Notes: a model not told the origin generated them from the letters alone. Shown: positions 1 through 9,987, counted from the stretch's first letter. The stretch is DNA of 24,160 bases from Candidatus Latescibacterota bacterium (GCA_965205655.1 CBDBIJ010000105.1:1-24160); one strand, 5' to 3'. Made by a program: numbers and translations.

Positions 1-129
1 GAGTCATCTTCTTTTCGGCGGCATCGACCGGGTGGTATGCGCCAACAACCAGTCCAGGGCCATTGCCACGATTGCAAATCGAAGGACTCCAGCGAGTCGT
101 CCGGTTTCGACAGGTCGTTTTCCAGTCAT
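1..129 (-). CDS. 5' end of a secreted protein running off the window edge; apparent 1-nt frameshift in the signal peptide
   Basis: AAGGATGAGG then ATG at 129. Frame A reads MTGKRPVETGRLAGVLRFAIVAMAL; after a shift at about nt 54-56 (CTGGACTG) frame B reads GLVVGAYHPVDA|AEKKMT. Joined, they form a normal signal peptide. Confidence 0.5.
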
Positions 130-269
130 CCTCATCCTTTACTCTCGCGTTTTCCGTCAGCGGCCACGGTCGGTCACGGCGTGTGTTGCCGAGTCCTCCA
201 CCGCTTACGGTCTCAGCTTGTTTACGTCGACATCATCGACGATGTGGGCGGACGAACCACTCGGACGCG

Positions 270-560
270 TCACTGAGACGAGTCGTCCGCCAGATTCTCC
301 TTCGTTCCTTGCTTCTTGGCGATCAGCGCCTTCTTCTCGGCCTTCTTCTCCGCCAGTTTGCGCTCAAGGCGGGACTTTTCCGCCTGCTTGTCGGACACGG
401 CCTTCGAGGCCGCCGTCATCGCCTGGCGACTTTCTTCCAGCGTGTCCAGTTCCTTCTGCGAAGGGCCTGTGGAACAACCGATAGCGACGGTTGCTGACAG
501 GGCGATGGCCATCGTTGCCAAGCGACTGTTTCTCATCGGGTTCTGCAAAAAGCGACTCAT
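270..560 (-). CDS. Small coiled-coil lipoprotein (96 aa)
   Basis: GAGGAG RBS before ATG at 560; hydrophobic stretch with lipobox VAIG-C; K/E/A-rich helical remainder. Confidence 0.8.
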   Translation of the reverse strand: MSRFLQNPMRNSRLATMAIALSATVAIGCSTGPSQKELDTLEESRQAMTAASKAVSDKQAEKSRLERKLAEKKAEKKALIAKKQGTKENLADDSSQ

Positions 561-660
561 CGAGACGCCTCTCCTCTCGATTCGTGATTTCTGTTCTGGA
601 CTCAGGACGTTTCTACCGGGCGAACCAGCATTTCTGCGGAGGTTCACACATACTCAACGA

Positions 661-689
661 AAAGTAACACCCACCACAGGGCGTGTCAA
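661..689 (-). promoter_or_regulatory. sigma70-type promoter for the lipoprotein and downstream gene
   Basis: Minus strand TTGACA-17 nt-TACTTT with TGn extended -10. Confidence 0.65.
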
Positions 690-775
690 GATAAAATGCC
701 TGTCCTTACAGAGGTTACGGCCGTCTTTGGTTCCGATTCCAGAGCCTCTGATGGACCCTCTAGCCGCGAGGGCGC

Positions 776-2578
776 TCACTGTCGAAGCCTGATTCCGAGC
801 TCGGCGAGCTGGTCGTCGTCGACTTCGCCCGGCGCGTTTTCCATGAGGCCGAACGCCTTGTTCGTCTTGGGGAAAGCGATAACGTCCCTGATGGAGCGCT
901 CCCCGACGATCATGGCGACGATTCGGTCAAAACCAAAGGCGATGCCGCCGTGAGGCGGGGCGCCGAGCTCGAGGGCGTCCAGCAGAAACCCGAACTTGGA
1001 TCTGGCCTCCTCGTCGCCGATGGCCAGGAGCTCGAACACCCTGGCCTGCACCGACCGCTGAAAGATACGGATGCTGCCGCCGGCGATCTCGGTCCCGTTC
1101 AGCACGAGATCGTAGGCCCGGGCCCGCACCGAGAGCGGATCGGTCTCGAGGTCGTCCAGATCCTCTTCGCGTGGCGAGGTGAATGGATGGTGAACGGCTG
1201 CGTATCTCCCTCCGCCCGAATCCTGCTCCAGCAATGGAAACTCGGTCACCCACAGAGGGTGCCAGGCGTGGCTATCGATAAGGTTCATCCTCGAGGCCAG
1301 CTCGTGACGCAGAGCGTGCATCACTCTCGCCACCGACTCTCGCTGGTCGGCAACCAGCAGCAGAAGATCCCCCGGCTCGGATTGCAGGGCCTCGATGAGC
1401 AATTCCTGTGCGGACTGCGGAAAGAACTTGACGATCGAAGACTCCAGGCCGTCCGCTGTGTGTCTCATCCAGCTCAGTCCCTTCGCCCCTGACTCCTGGG
1501 CAAAGGCAATAAGTTGATCTATCTGACCACGCCCAAATTGATTGCCCCCCTTGACGTTAATCCCCTTTATCTGACCTCCGGAATCAAGTACGGACTTGAA
1601 AATCCTGTAGTCTGAGGCGCGGCCGGCCTCGGCCGCGTCCCTCATCTCCAGTCCGAACCTCATGTCTGGGCTGTCGGTGCCGAATCGCTCCGTCGCCTCT
1701 TCGTAGCTGAGCCGCGGAAACGGATCTGGCAGCTCGGTCTCCAGGATGGCAGAGAAGAGCCCGCGGGTCAGGCGTTCTGCGACACCCATTATGTCCTCTT
1801 CATCGATGAAGGACATCTCGATGTCGATCTGAGTGAACTCGGGTTGCCGGTCCGCTCGCAGGTCTTCGTCTCGGAAACATTTCACGATCTGAAAATATCG
1901 GTCCAACCCGGAAACCATCAGGAGCTGCTTGTAGGTCTGCGGCGACTGGGGCAAGGCGAAGAAGTTGCCATTGTTCACCCGGCTCGGGACGAGGAAGTCG
2001 CGCGCTCCTTCCGGAGTGCTGCGAATGAGAAAGGGTGTCTCCACCTCGATGAACCCCTCGCCAGAGAGGAACCGCCTCGTCACCTGGTAGCAGCGGTGGC
2101 GCTGTACAAGGTTGCGCTGCATCGGCGGCCGACGCAGGTCGAGGTAGCGATACTTCAGACGGATTTCCTCGCCCACGTCGACGGAATCGTCGATCGGAAA
2201 CGGCGACGGCAGGGCCGTGTTGAGGATGCGCAGATCATCGCAGTTGACTTCGATCTCGCCCGTCTTCAGCCGCGGATTCACCATTCCTTCGGGGCGGTGC
2301 TCCACGACACCCCGAACGGCGATGACGAACTCGTTTCGCAACCGATCGGCGACGCCATGGGCTGCGGCGCTGTGCTGCGGGTTGAACACTGCTTGAGTGA
2401 GTCCGTATCGATCCCGGATGTCGACGAATATGACGCCACCGTGGTCGCGGCGCGTGGCCACCCAACCCATGAGCAGAACCTGTTCCCCAAGGTGGTCGGT
2501 ACACAGGGTGCCGCAGTCGTGGGTGCGCTTCCAGTCGCCAAGCGATGCGACGACTGAGTCTTCAGCAGAGTTTGCCAT
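776..2578 (-). CDS. aspS: Aspartate--tRNA ligase, probably non-discriminating (Asp/Asn)
   Basis: 600 aa; KRTH.CG start, RRDHGG, RLKYRYLDLRR, STPEGARDF, ALPQSPQ, CFRDEDLRADRQPEFTQID, GAPPHGGIAFGFDR. Confidence 0.98.
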   Translation of the reverse strand: MANSAEDSVVASLGDWKRTHDCGTLCTDHLGEQVLLMGWVATRRDHGGVIFVDIRDRYGLTQAVFNPQHSAAAHGVADRLRNEFVIAVRGVVEHRPEGMVNPRLKTGEIEVNCDDLRILNTALPSPFPIDDSVDVGEEIRLKYRYLDLRRPPMQRNLVQRHRCYQVTRRFLSGEGFIEVETPFLIRSTPEGARDFLVPSRVNNGNFFALPQSPQTYKQLLMVSGLDRYFQIVKCFRDEDLRADRQPEFTQIDIEMSFIDEEDIMGVAERLTRGLFSAILETELPDPFPRLSYEEATERFGTDSPDMRFGLEMRDAAEAGRASDYRIFKSVLDSGGQIKGINVKGGNQFGRGQIDQLIAFAQESGAKGLSWMRHTADGLESSIVKFFPQSAQELLIEALQSEPGDLLLLVADQRESVARVMHALRHELASRMNLIDSHAWHPLWVTEFPLLEQDSGGGRYAAVHHPFTSPREEDLDDLETDPLSVRARAYDLVLNGTEIAGGSIRIFQRSVQARVFELLAIGDEEARSKFGFLLDALELGAPPHGGIAFGFDRIVAMIVGERSIRDVIAFPKTNKAFGLMENAPGEVDDDQLAELGIRLRQ

Positions 2579-2630
2579 GCAAAATACGGAGTGTGCAGGC
2601 GGGCTGGAGGATTCCCTCTCGCGTCGATGG

Positions 2631-2660
2631 AACGTATGACGCAGATCCTGATAATGTCAA
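2631..2660 (-). promoter_or_regulatory. Probable sigma70 promoter of aspS
   Basis: Minus strand TTGACA-18 nt-TACGTT about 50 nt upstream of the ATG. Confidence 0.45.
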
Positions 2661-2718
2661 GGATTTCAAGACGTTGGAGCAGCGGAAACGTCGATCAGTG
2701 CGCCGGCGTCGATTCTCG

Positions 2719-2746
2719 TTGACACTCCAATGGTCGCCTCTATATT
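2719..2746 (+). promoter_or_regulatory. Probable sigma70 promoter of the cNMP/cys/TMTC operon
   Basis: TTGACA-16 nt-TATATT; GGAG RBS at 2766 and GTG at 2777 follow. Confidence 0.55.
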
Positions 2747-2776
2747 GGAGAAACTGTTTCACAGCGGAGCAAACGA

Positions 2777-3303
2777 GTGTCTGGCGACAAGACAGAGGCC
2801 TTGCTGAAGGTCGTCGAGAGGATTCCCATGTTCAGCGGCCTCGGCCGCGAGAACACGACCCTCATCATTAACAGGCGTGCGAGTTTCGCACTCTGGAAGC
2901 CGGCGACATCGTTTATAAGATCAAGGATCCGAGCGATGAGTTGGCGATTCTCCTGAGCGGCAAGCTTGGTGTCTTCAACCTGAAGAGCATGGAGATCGCG
3001 TCCCTCTCACCCGTCACCCCGGTGGGGGAGATGGGCCTGTTAACCGGCCAGCCGCGTTCGGCGACGGTGAAAGTGGCTGAGAAGTCCACCCTTCTCGTTC
3101 TCAAGAAGGCCGCCTTCGAGCGTCTCATGCGGAACACGCCGGCGATGACGAGGCCGGTGTACCGCAATGTGGTCCAGACCCTCCATCAGCGGCTTGGCGA
3201 GAGCAGAAATCAGCGCGAAGTATCGCAGCGGGAACTCCATGAGCTGGAGGCCAAACTCGAGAGCATGCGGGCGGAGACTGAGAAGCTGAGGAGTGGGGGC
3301 TGA
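2777..3303 (+). pseudogene. Cyclic-nucleotide-binding domain protein with C-terminal coiled coil; frameshift near 2870
   Basis: GTG 2777 gives MSGDKTEALLKVVERIPMFSGLGRENTTLII; the other frame continues ACEFRTLEAGDIVYKIKDPSDELAILLSGKL...VGEMGLLTGQPRSATV (phosphate-binding cassette). No HTH. May be a sequencing indel. Confidence 0.8.
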
Positions 3304-4248
3304 GTGCCGGCCAGTCGTCCGGGTGCCCGAGTGCGTCGGTCGGTTGTGGAGGCGATTGGCAATACTCCTTTGCTGCGACTACCGGGATCGGGGCTGCCCA
3401 GCGACGTCGAGCTCTACGCCAAACTCGAATTTTTCAATCCCGGCGGATCGGTAAAGGACCGGCCCGCTCGACGGATGATCGAAGAGGGTATCCGGAGCGG
3501 ACAGCTCCGCCCCGGCAGAATCATCCTCGATTCAACCTCCGGCAACACCGGCATCGCCTACGCGATGATCGGCGCGGCCCTCGGGTATCGGGTGCGGCTG
3601 GCCATGCCAGCCAATGTCACCGATGAGCGCAAAGCCATACTGGCCGCCTACGGCGCCGACGTTGTCCTGAGCGATCCGGGCGAGGGATCGGACGGGGCGA
3701 TTCTGAAGGCCAGGGAGCTGCTGGCGGAGAATCCGGACCTCTACTTCAAGCCGGATCAGTACAATAACCCCGCGAACTGGAAGGCCCACGCAGAGACCAC
3801 AGCTCCCGAAGTCTGGCGCCAGACCGGGGGGCGCATCACTCATTTCGTCGCCACTATGGGGACGAGCGGTACCGTCATGGGCACCGGTCGCGGTCTGAAG
3901 GCGATCAGTTCCGACATCAGGATTATCGGTGCCGAGCCCTCGGATCCCTTTCACGGAATCGAAGGTCTCAAACACATGGCGAGCTCCATCGTGCCGGGGA
4001 TATACGATGAGGGGTTTCTAGACCGCAAGATGTCCGTGGACACTGAGACGGCGTACGACGAGACCCTCAGCCTGGCCAAGGACCTAGGCATTCTCGTGGG
4101 ACAATCTTCGGGTGCGGCCTATTGGGCGGCGCGGGAGGTAGCGAAGGAGCTGCGGGAAGGGGTCGTCGTCACCGTTTTCTGTGACGGGGGCGACAAGTAC
4201 ATGAGCACTCCAATGTGGCGACTGGCACTGGAAAACTCGGCGGTGTGA
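3304..4248 (+). CDS. cysM: PLP-dependent cysteine synthase family protein, CysM-like
   Basis: [21 protein letters not shown] (PLP Lys), STSGNTG, MGTSGT, GLKHM..SIVPGIYD, DGGDKYMS; adjacent to a JAB protease gene. Confidence 0.85.
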   Translation: MPASRPGARVRRSVVEAIGNTPLLRLPGSGLPSDVELYAKLEFFNPGGSVKDRPARRMIEEGIRSGQLRPGRIILDSTSGNTGIAYAMIGAALGYRVRLAMPANVTDERKAILAAYGADVVLSDPGEGSDGAILKARELLAENPDLYFKPDQYNNPANWKAHAETTAPEVWRQTGGRITHFVATMGTSGTVMGTGRGLKAISSDIRIIGAEPSDPFHGIEGLKHMASSIVPGIYDEGFLDRKMSVDTETAYDETLSLAKDLGILVGQSSGAAYWAAREVAKELREGVVVTVFCDGGDKYMSTPMWRLALENSAV

Positions 4249-4251
4249 CGA

Positions 4252-4731
4252 TTGCTGCGACTGAGGAGAAGCGACCTCCAGAAGATCTACGATCAGGCGA
4301 GGGATGAGCACCCGGCAGAGTGCTGCGGTCTGCTGACTGCGGATTCGCCAGGTAGTGTGAGCGCCGTGCACCCCTGCGAAAACATTCAGGGTCGTCTGCA
4401 CGACGAAGATCCAGAGAGCTACCCCCGCGATTCTCGCATCGCCTACTTCATCGACCCGAAGGCTCTGCTGAACATCGTCTCCGCTATCGAAAAAAGCGGC
4501 GGCGTCGTTTCCGGGTTCTATCACTCCCACATCGACTGCGAGGCATACTTCTCCGAGGAAGACAAGGAGAGAGCGATGGCCTGGGACGAGCCGGCCTACC
4601 CGCATGCCGCCTACCTTGTCGTCTCTGTCTGTGGAGACGGCGCCCGCAACTTCGAGACCTTCGCATGGGATGAGTCGACCCGGGATTTCGTCACCGTCAA
4701 GATGGAAATCGTCGAGGATGACGCTGCGTAG
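4252..4731 (+). CDS. mec: JAB/MPN+ (M67) metallopeptidase, Mec-like
   Basis: P.ECCG and intact JAMM motif HSH-x7-S-x2-D (YHSHIDCEAYFSEED); context with cysM and a sulfur carrier. Confidence 0.88.
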   Translation: MLRLRRSDLQKIYDQARDEHPAECCGLLTADSPGSVSAVHPCENIQGRLHDEDPESYPRDSRIAYFIDPKALLNIVSAIEKSGGVVSGFYHSHIDCEAYFSEEDKERAMAWDEPAYPHAAYLVVSVCGDGARNFETFAWDESTRDFVTVKMEIVEDDAA

Positions 4732-6669
4732 CTCGGCAATGCGCGGCTGGTCGCTCACGGCCGTCCTCTTCCTGATTCCCTTCACGATCTACCTACAGTC
4801 GCTCGGTCACGGCTTTCACTACGACGATTTTCACTCGATCGTCCGCAATCCGCACATCCGCAGTCTCGAGAGCGTGGCCGATTTCTTCACAAATCCGCGG
4901 CTGTTTTCGGAAAATCCGGAAAGCGCCATGTACCGGTCGGTGCTGATGGCGAGCTACGCTCTCAGCTACGCGGTGGGAGGAGACCGGCCGGCCGGGTTTC
5001 ACGGCGTCAGCCTGGCTCTGCACAGCCTGAACGCGATGCTCGTCTTCTGGATGCTCCTGGCGCTGCGTCAGAGCAAGTCGATCAGCTTTCTGGCCGCAGC
5101 TCTGTTCGCCGTGCACCCGCTGAACAGCGAGGCGGTGAACTACGTCAGCAGCAAATCGGAGCTGCTGATGGCGAGTTTTTTCCTGGCCTCCTGTTTGTCC
5201 TATCTCCACTACCGCGACACCGGGAGGGCTGGCTGGTATGCGTCGGCTTTCCTGTTCGCCGTCCTGGCGCTGCTGACGAAGTCCGTGGCCGTCGTCCTCA
5301 TGGGCGGGTTCGCCCTCTGCGACTGGCTCCTGGGAGGGTGGCGCGCTGTGTGGTCGAAGTGGCCGTCCTACCTCCCGTTTCTCGCACTCGACATCGCCTA
5401 CCTGGCGATCTATAGGCAGATCGTCGACAAGGCTCTCCTGCAGCCGGCTCGCGGGCTGGATACACAGCTGTGGACCCAGCTGAAGGGGATGAGCTACTAC
5501 GGGTATCTCTCGACGGTCCCTGTGAAACTGAACGTGGAGCACCAGTTTTTCACGTCGAGGAGCCCCTCCGACCCGGCCGTGTTCGCGGCAGGTCTGGCCA
5601 TCGCATCCATCATCGTGCTGTTGTGGAGGCTGCGGAGTGAGCGCTGGCTGCCATTCGCGGCAGCCTGGGGAATTCTCCTCACCGCCCCGACGATTGTCGT
5701 TCCCCTCATCGTGCTGGTGAACGAGCACCGACCGTATCTCGCCTCCGCGGGTTTCGCCCTGCTGTTGAGTCGATGTCTGTGCGCGCTTCCCTGGACACGC
5801 AGCCGGCCACGCCTGCCTGCCACCTGGCTTTCCCGTACACCCCTTTCTGGCGTTGCGCCTTTTGCCGTCGCGACTTTTGCCATCATCGCGACTTTTGCGA
5901 TCGTACTCATTATCTTTACGGTATCTTTACGGTGAAACGGTCCGAGGTCTGGTCCGACGAGCTCTCTCTGTGGCAGGATTCCGTCGTCAAGTCGCCGCTC
6001 ATGGTGAAGCCGCATCTGAGGTCGGCGGACGCCCTGGCAGGAGCCGGGCGGCACGAGGAGGCGGAGACGGCATACAAGAGGGCCCTCGAGCTGCGACCCC
6101 GACGCCCCGCTGCCAGAAACAACCTGGGGAAACTTTACCGGAGCCTGGGCCGCCTGGCAGAGGCAGAAGATCATTTCCGGGCCGTCGTGGCCACATCGCC
6201 CGATAATGTGGCGGCCAGAATGAACCTGGCCGGGCTGCTCTATCGCTCGGGTGACTGGGAGCAAGCCCGGCAGGAGTACGAGCGCGCTCTCGAATACGCC
6301 GCCGCCGACGGAGTCGCACTTCCATACCTTGGCCGCATCGCCTTGCAGCACCTGGGAGACCCGGAGCTGGCTACCGATTACTACGGGCGAGCTCTTGACC
6401 GGTCTGTCGGCGGACGGGAGTTACTTCTGGTGGGACGCGGTGCGGCCCTGCGCGCCCTCGGCGACTACGACGGCGCCGAGGCCGACTACCGGGCTGCACT
6501 CCTCGGGGATCCACAGCTCGTGGACGCCTGGTACAACCTGGGCAACCTCTTCAGCGAGACGCACCGTTACGAAGAGGCGCGGCAATCGTTCGAGAAGGTG
6601 ATAGAGATCGCCACAGACTCGCAGTTGTCCCGTGCGGCGGCTGAGCAGATCAGCCGCATGGGGCGATAA
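4718..6669 (+). pseudogene. TMTC-like GT-C membrane protein with TPR repeats (paralog 1), frameshifted by an 11-bp tandem duplication
   Basis: FHYDD..IVRN, MYRSVL, HPLNSEAVNYVSSKSE, NEHRPYL, many TM helices. TATCTTTACGG is repeated at 5911-5932; removing one copy gives IIFTVKRSEVWSDELSLWQD followed by TPRs. Start could be 4739. Confidence 0.85.
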
Positions 6670-6705
6670 CAGCGACGAACAGGATCAATTCAAGGAGAAG
6701 GGCCG

Positions 6706-6990
6706 ATGCCAGTTTCCGTTCACATTCCCACACCATTGCGCAAACTCACCGACAGCCAGCCAGAGGTACAGATCGACGCCGGCACGATCGGCGATTTAAT
6801 CGACAACCTGGAGGGTGCGCACGCAGGAATCAAGGAGAAGCTGGTCGAGGACTCAGGGGACATCCGACGCTACGTGAATATCTACGTCAACGATGAGGAT
6901 ATTCGCTTTCTCGACGGGAAAGAAACAGAGTTGAAGGACGGGGACAGCGTCTCGATCGTGCCGGCCATCGCCGGCGGATGCGGGGGGTAG
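6706..6990 (+). CDS. cysO: MoaD/ThiS-family ubiquitin-like sulfur carrier, CysO-like
   Basis: AAGGAG RBS; V.IPTPLR, RYVNIYVNDEDIRFL, LKDGD.VSIVPAIAGG followed by a CGG extension. Confidence 0.85.
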   Translation: MPVSVHIPTPLRKLTDSQPEVQIDAGTIGDLIDNLEGAHAGIKEKLVEDSGDIRRYVNIYVNDEDIRFLDGKETELKDGDSVSIVPAIAGGCGG

Positions 6991-7004
6991 TTGGAGCCGT
7001 CTCG

Positions 7005-9074
7005 ATGAGTGCGGGAGCTTTCAAGACAGTTCCGTTTGCACTCGCCGCACTCGCCGTCCTCATCCTCGCATACAGCAACTCCTTTTCGAACAGGTTCCAT
7101 TACGACGATCTGCATTCGATCGTCGACAACGGTCATGTTCGCGACCTCGCGAACGTCGCCGAATTTTTCGTCCGGCCAGAGACCTTCAGCGCGATCCCCG
7201 AACGAGCGATGTACCGACCTCTGGTCACGGCGAGCTACGCCGTCAACTACTGGGTCGGAGAATACGACGTGTTCGGCTATCACATTGTCAACTTCGCCGT
7301 TCACGCGGGTTGCGTCCTTCTTGTGTACGGCCTTGCCAGATCGACGGGCCTGGCGAAACTAGAGTCTGGCCTCGGCGCGCTGCTGTTCGGAATTCACCCG
7401 ATCCAGACGGAGGTGGTGAACTATATCGGCAGCCGCTCGGAGTCGCTGGCGGCCTTCGGCTTCCTCACCTCGCTGCTCGCCTACCTGCGCTGGCGGCGTC
7501 AAGGTCCTCGAAGGCGTCGTTGGGCATGGTACGTCCTCTCCTTGTGCGGATTCGCTCTGGCATTGGCGAGTAAGTCGACGGCGGTGGTACTGCCGGCGGC
7601 GGTCTTGCTCTATGAGGCGCTGGCGCGACGATCATCCGTGCAAGGGGTGGCGACACCTCCGGGACCGAAGCGTCTGATCTGGTACCACGGCGGATACTGG
7701 TTGTTGGCGTTGGCTTACGTCTTCATCATCCGGACCTCGGCCGCAGCGGCGCTGGGCAGCCCGGTCCGCTCTCTTCACGTTCAGATTCTCACTCAACTGA
7801 AGGCATTCAGCTACTACGTGAAGCTGCTGATCATGCCGGTGAGTTTGTCTGTCGATCACCAGTTCCAAGAGGCTGCACCCGTAACAGAGACTGAGATTCT
7901 CTGCGTGGCTCTGCTGGTTTTCCTCACTGCTATCGTCGTGAGAGCCGTCGTGAAAGCGCGCAGAGTCGACGCCGCGCTTCTGCTTTCAGGATGGGCGCTC
8001 CTGGCGTTGCTTCCCGCGTCGATCGTGCCTTTCAATGTCCTGGTGAATGAGCATCGATTGTATCTCCCTTTCGCTTTTGTGGCCCTGTGGTCGGCGAGCT
8101 TCTTATACCCTCTGGTGGTCTTGGGGGGCAGGGCGACGACTGCGGTAAAGTCTTTGGGAAGGCTGGGAGTTGCCCTCCTGCTCGTATTCGCCGTGATCTG
8201 CTACGGCCGCAACCGAGTGTGGGCAACGGAGCTGACGCTGTGGCAGGATGCTGTCCGTAAGGCGCCGGGGATGTATCGGCCTCACCTACACCTCGGGGGT
8301 GCACTCGAGGCCGACGGTGACCTTCGCGGAGTGTTGCGATCGTATCGGCGGGCCGCGACCCTCGCCCCGGAGGTAGCCCTCGTGCACTACAATCTCGGCA
8401 ACGCCTTGAGCAGCGCCGGGCTGGTGGACGAATCGCGCTCTGCATACGAGCGCTGTCTGCGCCTCAATCCCACGCTCCTTCACGCCCTCCTGAACCTCGC
8501 GACGCTGGAACAGGAGGCGGGCAGCCTCGACAGAGCCGAGGCGCTGCTGACGCGGGCCAGAGATGCGTATCCGTCATCGGCCCCGGTTCGGCGCCGTCTC
8601 GGGGTGCTGTACAGGGCGGGCGGACAGATCGAACGAGCCAGGCAGGCCTATGTGGAAGCGCTGGATTTCGACCCGCAACTGGCTGAGGCCCACTACAACC
8701 TCGCCAATCTGCACTACGACGAGCGACAACTCTCGGACTCAGCGAGGCACTACGAGCTCGCCATCGCCCTCGAGCCGGACCACATGCGGGCATACTACAA
8801 TTTGGCGGATCTTTACGTGCTGCAGCAACGGTTTGCGGCCGCTGAAGAGACCTCTGTGGCGGGCCTGGGAATATCACCGGAGGAAATAAGGCTTCACTAC
8901 CCCCTGGCAAAGGCGAGAGAGGGTCTTGGGAAGCGGGATCAGGCGCTTGCCAGCTATCGACGGTTTGTTCGGACCCTGGGTGCCGATCAGCCGCTGAGGG
9001 AGGCCGTGCTTAATCGAATACGGCTGCTATCGACTGAGAGGGACGCTAACCAAACCAGAAACGGATTCCAATGA
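7005..9074 (+). CDS. TMTC-like GT-C membrane protein with long TPR array (paralog 2, intact)
   Basis: GGAG then ATG 7005; [47 protein letters not shown], several TPRs (AHYNLAN etc.). Stop overlaps the cysK start (ATGA). Confidence 0.9.
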   Translation: MSAGAFKTVPFALAALAVLILAYSNSFSNRFHYDDLHSIVDNGHVRDLANVAEFFVRPETFSAIPERAMYRPLVTASYAVNYWVGEYDVFGYHIVNFAVHAGCVLLVYGLARSTGLAKLESGLGALLFGIHPIQTEVVNYIGSRSESLAAFGFLTSLLAYLRWRRQGPRRRRWAWYVLSLCGFALALASKSTAVVLPAAVLLYEALARRSSVQGVATPPGPKRLIWYHGGYWLLALAYVFIIRTSAAAALGSPVRSLHVQILTQLKAFSYYVKLLIMPVSLSVDHQFQEAAPVTETEILCVALLVFLTAIVVRAVVKARRVDAALLLSGWALLALLPASIVPFNVLVNEHRLYLPFAFVALWSASFLYPLVVLGGRATTAVKSLGRLGVALLLVFAVICYGRNRVWATELTLWQDAVRKAPGMYRPHLHLGGALEADGDLRGVLRSYRRAATLAPEVALVHYNLGNALSSAGLVDESRSAYERCLRLNPTLLHALLNLATLEQEAGSLDRAEALLTRARDAYPSSAPVRRRLGVLYRAGGQIERARQAYVEALDFDPQLAEAHYNLANLHYDERQLSDSARHYELAIALEPDHMRAYYNLADLYVLQQRFAAAEETSVAGLGISPEEIRLHYPLAKAREGLGKRDQALASYRRFVRTLGADQPLREAVLNRIRLLSTERDANQTRNGFQ

Positions 9075-9987
9075 AGAAGGCCGAAAACGTTCTTGAGCTC
9101 ATCGGCGCCACGCCCCTGGTGCGACTCAACCGCGTTGTGGGAGAGGGTTGTGCCGAGGTTTGGGCGAAACTGGAGTCGGCAAACCCGGGAGGCAGCGTCA
9201 AGGACCGCATCGCGCTGGCCATGATCGAGGCAGCCGAAGAGGCGGGTGAGTTGAAGCCGGGCGGTACGATCGTCGAGCCCACCAGCGGTAATACCGGAAT
9301 CGGACTGGCCATGGTGGCCGCGGTAAAGGGATACAAACTCATCGTGACATGTTCGACACGGCCAGCCGCGAGCGACGGTTGCAGATGCAGGCCTACGGAG
9401 CCCAGGTGGTGCCAACGCCGGCCTCCGAGGGGATGCAGGGAGCCATTGCCAAGGCATGGGAACTCAAGCGACGGAGTCCGGACTACTTTCTGCCCCAGCA
9501 GTTCACGAACCCGGCGAACCCGCAAGTGCACAGGCAGACGACCGGCAGAGAGATTCTCGAGCAGATGGAGGGCAGGGTCGATGCCCTCGTTGCCGGGGTG
9601 GGGACCGGAGGCTCCATAACCGGGGCGGGAGAGGTTCTGAAGGAGGCAGTGCCAGACATGCGGGTGATCGCCGTCGAGCCGGCCGGCTCGACGGTGCTGT
9701 CCGGGGGGGAGCCGGGGATCAGCTACATCGAGGGGATTGGAGCTGGATTCGTACCGGATGTGCTCAATCGTGACATTATCGACGAGGTGCGGACGGTATC
9801 CGATGACGACGCGTACAATATGTCGCGCAGGCTGGCAAGGGAAGAGGGGCTGCTGCTCGGCATTTCAGCCGGCGGCAACGTCTGTGAGGCAGTGGCGGTC
9901 GCCGCGGAGCTGGGCACCGGCCACAGCGTCGTGACCATCCTGTGCGACAGCGGCATGCGCTACCTCAGCACAGGGGTCTACGAATGA
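9071..9987 (+). pseudogene. cysK: Cysteine synthase A with a 1-nt frameshift near 9347
   Basis: [34 protein letters not shown] lacks one base for [14 protein letters not shown]; second frame has [31 protein letters not shown]. May be a sequencing indel. Confidence 0.88.

Noticed and set aside
4252..6990. JAB plus ubiquitin-like protein as an antiphage (Bil/CBASS-type) conjugation system
   Set aside because: No E1/E2 or CD-NTase; both proteins are Mec/CysO-like and flanked by cysteine synthases.
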